Shown here in pieces: positions 11,478-22,100 of a stretch of 64,000 nt of DNA (positions are counted from its first letter, which is position 1; each line of letters opens with the position of its first letter). The notes beneath the pieces were generated by a model, which ran no database searches, was not told where the DNA came from, and saw only the letters and a list, made by a program, of their open reading frames with translations. Origin of the DNA: Schmidtea polychroa (lineage: Eukaryota); contig CM097887.1 in the NCBI GenBank assembly GCA_044892525.1, positions 87,150,397 to 87,214,396 on the forward strand, written 5' to 3'. Both the position numbers and the translations under genes were made by a program.

Positions 11478-11566
11478 TCTACAATGATGACTTTTAATCT
11501 TGGGATTTCTACTTGGTTATAACTCTATTTATTTACAGGATTATTTACATTTCACTCCTTTCTCTC

Positions 11567-12022
11567 CTATACATCTACCGTCGAGTCCGGTTCCCCAGTT
11601 CCTGGTAGCCCGGTCATCCATTCGACTAAACTGGCAATATCATCATGTTGTCGATTTTCGTGTAACCTTCTAATTTCTTCCGCTTGCCATCTGATTTGGC
11701 TTATTAACTGATTGTTATTGTATTCTAGTTGCGCGATTATTTGGTGTTGTTCCTCTATTTTTGTAATATATATTGCATTTCTATTAATACTCTCTATCAA
11801 CGCCGTTTGGTTTCGTACCCAGTGCTCTTGAGTCTGATTTGTCAATTGGGTCATTAATTCACACTGTGCCCTCCACATGGATCCTGTTGGCTGACTCGGC
11901 TGGTTTGGCACGTTCATTTCCATCATGTCTACTGGATGTACATTCATAAGCGGCTGTTCTCTTACTTCAACAACATGTGGTATCCCATTTGGGTGTTCTT
12001 GCTCTTCGTTTCTCTGGTTCAT
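11567..12022 (-). CDS. 151-aa accessory ORF, Q/N-rich with coiled coil, unknown function
   Basis: ATG ORF with the same flanking motifs as its neighbours. Confidence 0.65.
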   Translation of the reverse strand: MNQRNEEQEHPNGIPHVVEVREQPLMNVHPVDMMEMNVPNQPSQPTGSMWRAQCELMTQLTNQTQEHWVRNQTALIESINRNAIYITKIEEQHQIIAQLEYNNNQLISQIRWQAEEIRRLHENRQHDDIASLVEWMTGLPGTGEPDSTVDV

Positions 12023-12170
12023 TCCTATTTATAATACATGGTCATCATACTTGTTTTTGATTTTTCTACATATTGTTTTAATTTACTACTTTTATTTTGT
12101 ACATATTACTACTATTATCACTACTTTTATCATTTCATTTATACATTATTTACAACAACTCCTCCTCTCG

Positions 12171-15100
12171 TTATACTAGTGTCGCCATGGGGCCGGAATG
12201 CAGCGTGCGCATTCCCCCATATCTTTCGTCCGTTAGTCGGTATATATCGACTTCGTGTGTCCATTCGTTAGGTGTGGGTATTTTTGGTAGTTCCGACATC
12301 CACAATCCGCTGGATTTGGGATCTCTTACCACCTCGTACTCTTCTAGATTCAGATTTTCTGTTGGAATACCGTATTCGAATTTTTCTACCTTGGGCCATT
12401 TTCTTCGGTTCCCGGGTTTTTGTTTACAGCTTTTGGTGGTTCTTATCCATTGGATCATTGCTAACGCTATTATCGTACTTACTATCGCGCTAGTTATCCA
12501 TATCATCTTTGTGATTATCGTTGTTCCATTATTTGCTTTTTCTGTCGTTAACATTATACTACCTGTGGTATTCGTTTCTGGTGCTTTGGTTTTCTTGAAA
12601 GCTTGATGTAGTCGTTCCTTCTCCTTCTCTGTTAGGTGACTGTGATTTTCTCGTTTCTCTCCCCCTTCTTGGTCTCGGGGTATCCATGGTATGTTTATTA
12701 ATTGGGCTTTTTGTCGAGTTATTGGTTGACATACGCTGGTTCCTCTTCCTTTCTTAAGGATACATACTTGGTATCGCTCTTTTCGTTTTCCTGTCTCCAT
12801 TTTAACGTCTGCACCTTGGTCTATCGGTGTTGTTGTACAGTCGATTATTCCCGTCTTATCCATTACACATATCCTTATGATTGGTTCTCCTTCTTGGTTT
12901 TTGACTGTAATTACCTCTTCACCTTTCTTGTTGAGGTTAATAGTTATCTGCACTTCCCGTCTTTCGTCTTTAATTACTTCGTTAATCCATGTTGTTGTTG
13001 TTATTAATTCGGTTTGATTTAGCTCTGTTGTTGTTTTTGTACTAACTGATTTCTTGGGCTTCTTGGTTGTTTTCTCCGTCAATGGACCTTGTTTAATTGC
13101 CATACTCCTTGGTTTGTCTTTTCTTGGTGCAGTTCTTGTTCCTTTACATACTATTATCCCTTGTGTTCCTGCGCATACCACAGTAGGGGTATTTGGTTTG
13201 ACCTCTCCCCAGAAGAATTTGTGATCCTGTGTCATATCAGTTACTATGCATATATCTCTGTCTTCTCTGATGCATACATGTGTAATTGATCGACTCCCTT
13301 TGTCCTCTATTTCGATATATTCTTCCAGAATGTTAAGTTGAAAATGTACTCCGGTTTCATTGGCTCTTTCTAGTTCCATTTCCTCTGTTGTTATGTCTAT
13401 ACAGATGTCATAATCTCCGCATAGCCCGGGGTCTCTTTTTTGGCTGCTAAAGATCTTTCCTTTTGTTATCGATCTGAAATCACAACTTACTCCTGTTCCT
13501 TCCATTAGTTGCACACATATTCCGACGGCGTTTCCGTCGTAATCGCTGACTTTTATCATAAATACTTCGCCTTCTTGGAAAGCTTCTCTTACGATTCTCA
13601 TATTTTTTGTTTCCGTTAAACAGATAGATGTTAATATTATAAATATTCTTTGTAGTAGGATTGGCTGGATTTGATTTCGAAACACTATGCTATGTAGTGG
13701 GGACTTTCGTTTTTTGTTTTCTGTTTTGTCGAATCCTTGATCTTCACCTCGACATTGGTCATCTTCGTCCTCTTCCAACTCCTCATCATCATCCGTTGTT
13801 TCTCCGCCCTCCGGATTTTGTTCTCTGTCGTTTTCCTCTGGGTTGTTATCGTTATCCCCCATCCTTTCGTCGTCGTCATCGTCGTCATTCCTCTCACCCG
13901 GGGTTTTCCCAAAAATGTCGTCCTCGACATTTGTCGCTTTGATCATCTCTTCGTATTTTTTAATTATTTCTTTTTTATCGTTGTGGATACTTTCTCGTTC
14001 TTCTTTGGTTCCTTGATATTTCCGTTGTTTCCGGTGCCATTCCCACACTAGTATTTCTAGTTGCTTTTTCATCGTATGTGCTTTTGTGCATTTCCACCAA
14101 TTACCTGTCAATTCTGCTCTATTTCTTTGTAATATTGCTTTAATGGTTTTTGGCATTGGTGGTCTTGAGTATATGGCGCTTCTTAGTACGATATTTTCGT
14201 TGTTCTGAAATTGATTTATATCAATTACTTCCGCTTTTAATTCGTTTTGTTTCCATTTGATTAACATTGCTGCGGTTCTGTCTAAGTTTCCTCTGATGGC
14301 TTCCAGAATTGTTTCAATGCTCTGTCTCAACACCTCAGCCTCTTCAGCGGTTGCATTTCCCGTGATAAAGTTTAGTATACTAGGTCTTTTTGACCTGACG
14401 GCATAACGTAAGATGGTTCGTTGTTTGTTATCTTTTTCTTTCAACGTGGATCCCGTTCTCAATAATTCTCTGAGTACTTCTCTTGACGCGCCTATTGCTA
14501 TGGCTTTCATCAGTGGAGTTTTTCCTTTACTGTTTTTGACGTTTGTTGATTGTTTGCAGTTTTCCATTATTCGTATAATCTCTAATGCTCGTTTTTCTTG
14601 TCCTGCTTTCACTGCATGATGGATTGGCCAGTTATTACTCAAATCACTTGTTAGGAACATGATTGGTAATCTCCGGATTAGTTCATATATTTGAGTCGGT
14701 ATTTGTAATCCTTCGGCATATCTTCGTCCTTTCGCATATCTTTCTGCTACTAACACTAGTTTGCCCAATACTTGGTATTTATTGGTTATATCGGCCCATT
14801 CTGGTACAATTTCTCGTGCTATTTTTACTGTCATATTCCATGTTGCTTGGCTCCTTGCCATTGCGTCAGCTTCGCTTTCTGCTTCGGTTCCTTTATGGGC
14901 GCTGCTGCTTGTTTCTCCCCTCAACATGAATATCCGTCTTGTCTGTGATCTAGTTAATCTACCGCTTACTTCTGGTTCCGTTGTGGCATTTGTTTGTGAT
15001 CTCGTGATTATCTTCCTTGTTTCTGGGTCTTTAGTGGCAGTTTTCGCTACTGCTTTACATCGACATGTATTAACGTAAATGGGTCTAATTAGTGGGTTGT

Positions 15101-16151
15101 TAACCAACTTTACTCTAGCGTTGTTCTCGTTTACATAAATGATTTCATATGGCCCTCTGCCATTACGTTGTAATTTCTTTGCTGTTCCTGGGATTAATTC
15201 GGGTGTTTCTATAATAACCCAATCTCCGACTTTAAATTGATGGTTTTGCACGTTCTTCTTTTTATCATGCAATTCCTTATAACTTTCTTGGTTGAATCGG
15301 ATGTTCATCCCTGCGGTTTTCCATATTTCTTGCATTCTCTCTTTGAACTTTGTCACATAATCATCTATCTCCATATATTGTGAGATTGGCGGTTGGTATT
15401 CGAGATCCATTGGCATGTTGCATTCCCTTCCGTACATGAGTTTAAACGGACTCATTTTCGTTGCTGAGTGTATTGACATTCGGTAAGCCATTAGGCACAA
15501 CTTAATATATTCATCCCAATCCTTTTGATGTTTACTTACATAATTGGACATCATGTCTATTAGTATGCCGTTAAACCTTTCTGTCTGCCCATTCGTTTGC
15601 GGGTGGTATGGCGAGGTTCTCAATTTGGCAATTCTGAAGTAGTTTGTTACTTCATTTATTATCTCGCTCATGAAGTTAGTTCCTTGGTCTGTTAAGATTT
15701 GTTTTGGAGTTCCATACCTGCAGCAGATCTCTTCTACTAATATCCTTGCAACCGTTCGTGCTTTTTGGTCTGGCATCGCAAATGCTTCAGGGAACTTAGT
15801 CAGATAATCAGTTATTACCAATATATACACATTTCCACTGTTAGTCTCTGGTAGTGGTCCAACTACATCCATTGCAATCATTGTCATCGGTTCTGGCGGT
15901 ATCGGCATTGGTTTCAATGGCGGCTTTAGTTTACTGCCCGTTGTTTTTCTGGTTGCGCATATCAAGCAGTTCTTTATCCATTCTTTCACGTCATCGCTCA
16001 TATTTGGCCAGTAATATTTCTGTTTGAGCCTTGCTTCTGTTTTCTTGGCTGACATATGTCCGCCCAATTTACCGTCGTGGTATTGAATCATAATTTCTTT
16101 CCGTCTACTTTCTGGTAGACACATCAGTCGTTTGTCGCCATCCATTACCAA
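12171..16151 (-). CDS. pol: Polyprotein C-terminal part: integrase, ankyrin repeats, acidic linker, second type I membrane protein
   Basis: HHCC zinc motif, D-D(35)E core (AMDVVG, TDQGTNF, QTERFNG), GPY, KGKTPLMKA ankyrins, TM near the C-terminus; joins the upstream ORF across an A8 run at ~16186-16193. Confidence 0.92.
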   Translation of the reverse strand: MVMDGDKRLMCLPESRRKEIMIQYHDGKLGGHMSAKKTEARLKQKYYWPNMSDDVKEWIKNCLICATRKTTGSKLKPPLKPMPIPPEPMTMIAMDVVGPLPETNSGNVYILVITDYLTKFPEAFAMPDQKARTVARILVEEICCRYGTPKQILTDQGTNFMSEIINEVTNYFRIAKLRTSPYHPQTNGQTERFNGILIDMMSNYVSKHQKDWDEYIKLCLMAYRMSIHSATKMSPFKLMYGRECNMPMDLEYQPPISQYMEIDDYVTKFKERMQEIWKTAGMNIRFNQESYKELHDKKKNVQNHQFKVGDWVIIETPELIPGTAKKLQRNGRGPYEIIYVNENNARVKLVNNPLIRPIYVNTCRCKAVAKTATKDPETRKIITRSQTNATTEPEVSGRLTRSQTRRIFMLRGETSSSAHKGTEAESEADAMARSQATWNMTVKIAREIVPEWADITNKYQVLGKLVLVAERYAKGRRYAEGLQIPTQIYELIRRLPIMFLTSDLSNNWPIHHAVKAGQEKRALEIIRIMENCKQSTNVKNSKGKTPLMKAIAIGASREVLRELLRTGSTLKEKDNKQRTILRYAVRSKRPSILNFITGNATAEEAEVLRQSIETILEAIRGNLDRTAAMLIKWKQNELKAEVIDINQFQNNENIVLRSAIYSRPPMPKTIKAILQRNRAELTGNWWKCTKAHTMKKQLEILVWEWHRKQRKYQGTKEERESIHNDKKEIIKKYEEMIKATNVEDDIFGKTPGERNDDDDDDERMGDNDNNPEENDREQNPEGGETTDDDEELEEDEDDQCRGEDQGFDKTENKKRKSPLHSIVFRNQIQPILLQRIFIILTSICLTETKNMRIVREAFQEGEVFMIKVSDYDGNAVGICVQLMEGTGVSCDFRSITKGKIFSSQKRDPGLCGDYDICIDITTEEMELERANETGVHFQLNILEEYIEIEDKGSRSITHVCIREDRDICIVTDMTQDHKFFWGEVKPNTPTVVCAGTQGIIVCKGTRTAPRKDKPRSMAIKQGPLTEKTTKKPKKSVSTKTTTELNQTELITTTTWINEVIKDERREVQITINLNKKGEEVITVKNQEGEPIIRICVMDKTGIIDCTTTPIDQGADVKMETGKRKERYQVCILKKGRGTSVCQPITRQKAQLINIPWIPRDQEGGEKRENHSHLTEKEKERLHQAFKKTKAPETNTTGSIMLTTEKANNGTTIITKMIWITSAIVSTIIALAMIQWIRTTKSCKQKPGNRRKWPKVEKFEYGIPTENLNLEEYEVVRDPKSSGLWMSELPKIPTPNEWTHEVDIYRLTDERYGGMRTLHSGPMATLV
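14355..14640 (-). other. About 3 ankyrin repeats
   Basis: NNWPIHHAV, KNSKGKTPLMKAI, KDNKQRTILRYAV. Confidence 0.8.
15030..16100 (-). other. Integrase domain
   Basis: H-H-CxxC, DDE, GPY motif. Confidence 0.95.
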
Positions 16152-19100
16152 TAGCCATTCTTTCTCGATTGTATATCTTTGACGATTTTTTTTCCATATG
16201 TTCTTTCAATCGATCATCGTTGTTGAATATTTTCATATCGTTTTTATCCAGGAATTCGATTATTAGTTTCAATTCGCTGTCTTCCTTTTGTTCGTTCTTT
16301 AGATTGGTAAAATCGATATCTTCCGCGATTATCATGCATATTCGCCTGACGTCATGATCCATGAGTTCTTCAAATACGAATCTCGACATGCAATCCGCAT
16401 TTGCGTTTGCTTTTCCTGACTTGAACTTGATGTATGGGGAATATTCTTGTAATTGCATTGCCCATCTCATTAATCGACTAGATGCTTCTTTATGTTGGCC
16501 CAACCAAACTAGAGGTTGATGGTCCGTAGTAATAATTATCTCGTGTCCCCATAATAAATATTTGAAATGTTTTATCGCCTGAATTATTGCTAAGGCTTCT
16601 CTTTCTGTGACCGAGTAATTCTTCTCGTGTTTTTTGAACGTCTTGCTATAATATCCGATGACTCTTTCTCGTTTCTCCTCATCCCATTGTCCTAGCACAG
16701 CTCCTGATGCATATCCACTTGCATCGGTTGCTAATAGAAAGGGCTTCTTGAAATCTGGATGTATTAAGATAGGTGAGGCTATTAACTTGTCTCTTAGCGA
16801 CTCGAACGCTATTTGCTGTTCTCTATCCCACAGAAATGGAGTGTCTTTTTTCGTTAGTTCCTGAATTGGTTTTGCTATAGTTGCATAATTTTTGATGAAC
16901 TTGCGGTAGTATCCGCATAATCCCAGAAATTCTTGTACTTGAGTCACGGTCTTCGTTATCGGACAATTCTTTATCTTTTCAACATTTCTCGGATCTGGTT
17001 CCTTTCCTTTTGCCGACACAATATGTCCTAAAAATGTGACTCTCTCCTTTGCCCAATCGCATTTTGACGGTTTCAATTTCAGCTTCCATTGTTTCAGTCT
17101 CACGAATACGTTCCTGATGTCGATTAAGTGTTGTTCGAACGTACCTGAATATATTAGCAGATCATCAATATACACCATACATTGTTTAATTCCGTGTGTC
17201 ACAAAGTTCATACACCTTTGAAACGAAGCAGCTGCGTTTGTTAATCCAAATGGCATCTTTTTAAACTGATATAAATCTTTTCCTATGGTAAAGGCTGTCT
17301 TTTCTCGGTCTTCTTCTTTAACTTTAATTTGCCAGTATCCGCTCTTTAGATCTAAAGATGTAAAGTATGCTGCTCCATGCAACATCTGTAACATTTCGTT
17401 TATGTCTGGCAGTGGATATGTATCCCTTTTTGTTACTGCGTTCAACCTCCGATAATCAATACAAAATCTCTGTGTACCGTCTTTCTTTTTGACCATTACT
17501 ACTGGGAATTGCCATGGTGAACAGCTAGGTTCTATTACTCCGGCATCTAACATCTTTTGTACTTCTTCCTCTGCTACCGTTTTTTGTGCTTCGGCTAATC
17601 GATATGGTCTTAACGTTATGGGTGTCTCATCTGTTAATGGTATAATGTGTTGAGTTACATCGCTAGTACCCAAATCCAAATCTGAAGCCGCAAAAATATT
17701 TTTAAATTCAATCAGTAGTTGTCGGAGTTGTTCCTTTTCGTCTTCATTTAGGAGTTCGCTATCGATGGTCCATAATTCTTTTTCGTCTGCTCCCTCGCTT
17801 TTTATCTCCGGCAGCTCAATGTTCATCATTGGTGTGAGTTTTCCAAGTCTCTCGTTTTCGTAGATTACTTTATCTTCCTCATCAAAATTGGTGATGTTGA
17901 TGGGTATCTCGTTATCCTCATTTATACTGACAATTTCTCTTGCCAATGGCAGCTCCCTTCTCTTCTCGAATTTTTGACTTGGTTCAAATATCATATCTCC
18001 TTTGGCTTCGTTATCGACCTTGACATAACATATTGTCTGGGTACGTGCTGGTATTATCATTTTTTCGGAGCATCTCACTTCTGTTCTCATTGTGCATATC
18101 TGTCCAGTTTTATCTTTTAATTTCATGGAACTCAAATCAATCACAATTTCTTTCAATAATTCCGGCATTACATCTGTTCCAATTATACATGATACGCTTA
18201 GCTGTCTAATGACTGCGAGGTACGTTGTAACTTTAACCCCTTTGTATTCGATCGTTGACCATACTCTTCCTACTACCGCTATGGATTGTTTGCTGCATGT
18301 TATTACATCCATGGTTGTTTCCTCAATGCATGGCCATAGTCTTCCTGGTAGCATATTCATATTTATTGCTGAGATATTTGCTCCGGTATCAATCATTGCA
18401 TCCATCTCTATTCCGTTTACTTCGACCGTGATAGTTAATGATGGTCCTGCTGGTGTCTGCAATACCGCGATCGTTCGTGTCTCCACCTCTTGCCCCACAT
18501 TTTTAACTGGCTTGATCATTGTTGGGTCCAGTGCTGCCCAATTTGGTTCATAAGCCATTGGATAAATATTCGGTACGGGTAATCTTCCGGTTCCCATTCT
18601 TATCCGTTCTCTCATTGTTCCTGGTCGTCGCATTGGTCCATTAGTTGGTGCCTGTAAATATGGTGATCCCCATGGTTTCATTTTTTCGTTTTCCCAAGTG
18701 GCTGTATTTTTGTTTATCAACATTACTCCTCCTTGATTATTATCGTCGTCGTCGAAATCATCATTGTCATCACTATCATCGTCTCGTCTGAGATTCATCC
18801 ACTTTTTCCACTTCCCGGTTCTTTTCGCTTTCTCTTGAGTTCTTTCTGCTTCTAATCTCATTATCACTTTGAACTTACGTCCGACTTCTTCGTCTGTTCC
18901 TTTCATTTGCGTTAATATTTTCAACAATCTTTTTATTCGATGAATATCCTTTGAGTGTCCATGCAACACCATTGTTTTCGCTAAGAACGGTAAGAATCCA
19001 ATTGCAAGTTTCCAATTTACTTTTCTCTCGCGCTTATAGATGTCAAAACATGCTAGCATCTGAGTTAGTATCACTCTAACTATTTGTATTATCAGAATAA

Positions 19101-22100
19101 TTCCGAGTATTCCTGCCATCATTTGGCCAAATACTAAAAATCTACCGCACATAGCCTTCATCATGTTTGCTGTTGCTTGTTGGTAGTGACTTGGTGATAA
19201 TAATAGCTCGTAGTTCGGGCTCTCCCCATAATTATTTCCTCCAGAAATAGTCACTATATTTGATAAGATTGCTTGTCTTTGCGCTGGGAATAACAGGTGG
19301 GCTCTTGCTGATTCGAGATCTTTTGGTGTATATAATCCACTCTGGGATACGTCTATCGGCTTGAACTCTAGTTCTGTTGTTAGTTCCGTCAATCCAAATT
19401 TCTTGGGTGTTACTACGATTGTTTTACTTGGGAATTGAACCCATTGTCCATCTTCTTTTTCATACATTGGTCCATATGCATTACTACAATTAAACAGATT
19501 TGGTTGAAACCCTACCGGGTTCATTACCCTAGTGACTGCTTGCACAAACCTGGGTTTACCTTCGTGAATAATTTCGAGTTCGTTTGCACACTTATCTCTT
19601 GGTATTGTAGGGTTTTCTGGCAATCTTGCCATTATCTTTTTGCATTGGTAGGTGTACATCACTTCGCCCACGATTCGTCCGAAATATCCTTCCTGTAATG
19701 GTAGTAACGGAATTGCGTTATCTGGATTTGTAATCGCCATTGCTAATTTTGTTCTCAGTATTTCTTTGTTGAGCAGGCAATCGTTTCTTAACAGGTCATG
19801 GTAGACTTTTTCCGTGGATGTTAATCCTCTGTGATATAAGAAATCCATCTTATTATTAGCGTATAAATATAGTTTGACATCCTTTTCGCTTAGTCTTCCG
19901 ACTGCATTTGCTAGGGTTCTCCGCGACAAGTAGATCCCTTTATAATTGGTGCTGATCACCATCTCATCGCATTTACTCACCATTTTGTTCTTTATGAACC
20001 TCATTCCTATTCCATCGTCTTTGGAGATTATCGCTGTGGGTGTTACTTCCGATTCCAATTTCGATGTTATTACGTCTTCTCTGAATCCTTTCCTTGCTCT
20101 CAACTCTTCCATCGCTCGTTTTTCTGCTTCTCCTTTTGGTTCACTGTATACTTTCCCTTGGATTTCTTCGAATATTGCTGTTTTGAGTAACATTAGTCGA
20201 CATACTTTCTGATCCGCATGGTATACCAGAGTTGACATCCCGGTTGAACATGATCGATCTGATGCGAGACAACTTGGGTATTTCTTCATTGCTTGCGTGT
20301 CAGGGTCGAAATAACCTTGGTACCTTTCTAATTTAGCTTCGTAGCTTTCTATTACAACCACTCCACTAACCAGTTGTCCGTTCAAGGTGTATGTTCCTGT
20401 CTCACATGTTCCGTCTCCTTTAGTGATTCTGCCTGCCGTATACACGCGAGTTGTTTTTATTTTTCCTGGTTCTGCAGCAATTTCAATCCCTTGCCTTAAG
20501 TGGATTCTCCCCGATCGGAATCCTTCCTCGCATTCCCCTCTTGATAGTAATATTACTGTCGATTCCAATCCCGGTTCTATGATTGTTGAGTGGGAGGATG
20601 AACCGCAGTGATGTGCAAATATCTTTCTGGTTACCGTACATTCTTGGACCATGGTTTTGATGAAATCTGCTTCTTGATATACGTTATACGAGACTGATGC
20701 CATGACCGTTTGTAATTTTCTTGGGTTTGCTGCTTTACAGTCTTCCGTATCCTTTAATGAATATTTCTCATGGATTTTTATGTTGTCGCAGTCGTATACT
20801 GCAAATGACTCCGTTCCTTTGATACACATCATCCATATCAGTATCGTGGTTATTATGGCGTTCATTCCCTTTCGGCTTGCTCTTGGGTCGTTCATATTGA
20901 TTGTTCCTTCGAATTCCGTTAGCAAATCGCGTAACTTTGCTTGCATCATTTCCGTTTGATCTTTCTTCCCAGTTGATTCGATGAAGTTTCTCCATCCCCC
21001 TTGTTCAAGTATATATGGTTCTATTGATCGTTTGATTATTTCTGTTACTGTGAATTCATAACCAGTTGCGTTATATTTTGGCATTCGTTTTTTATATTGA
21101 CCAATGACGTTATACATCAAATATGCTAATCCCACTAAATATCGATTTTGGTCCTCTGATCTGCTTAACAGATGTTCCACAATTAATCTGAGTTCCACGG
21201 GATCCTTTAACGTTAATCGAATTTTGTTATCCATGATTTTCATTATTATCGGTTTCAATACCGCCCATAATTGTTTGGCTTCGGTCGGGATATGATCCTT
21301 CCTCATTACTCTTTTCACATCTGGATTTGCTAACGCTAACATGTTAGCAAATAAGTCGTTTATCCATCGTGTCCCTTGTTCCCGGACGTTTGTTTTCACT
21401 TTGACTTGTTTTACTAATGCGCTTAGTTTATCCATTTTAGTTTTTACCTGTTCCATTTGTGCTTGAATTTTGGATTTTGGTTCCACCTCTGCTTTATCTG
21501 TTTTTGGTCTTCCTCTTGTTCGTCGATCCATAGCCGTTCCGGTTTCTTTCCGTTTTGGCGGATTGTAAGTTGTATCTTTTGACGTGGTCGCTCTTGGATC
21601 TACTCTCCAGTTACTCCATTCATCGGTTGTGGTTACATCTTTATTGGCACTTCCTCCCACATTATCTAAATCCGTCTCGGCTTCTGTTGTTTCCACTGGT
21701 TGTCTTTGCGCACATACAAATCCATTTAGATCATCAGTTGTTGGTTCACCTTCGTCGATAAATAGATCTCCCGATTGCGATGCTCTCATAATCTCGCCTG
21801 CTTCTACTATCTCTTGTAATTCGTCCAGTATTTCGTCTTCTCCTGTTGTTTCGATCGTCACTTCACTAACCGCATTCGGAACTTCTGGTGTGTCTAAACT
21901 TCCTGGTTGTTGTGTAGATGATTTGTGCTTTATTTCTCTTCTCCTTAATTCTCTCCCTGCAATTTTACTCACCGTTAATCTGTTCACAATTTCTCCTTGG
22001 AGTGGTGTCACACCAATTTCGATATCGTCGTCTAATGATCGTCCCTCGTGTTGTAAGTGGAATGGGAGTTCATAAGGTATTCTCTTTTTAACTTCCCTGA

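Noticed and set aside
12155-12170. Shine-Dalgarno-like AGGAGG after stop codons
   Set aside because: Eukaryotic context and more than 100 nt from the next ATG; treated as part of the 3' motif.
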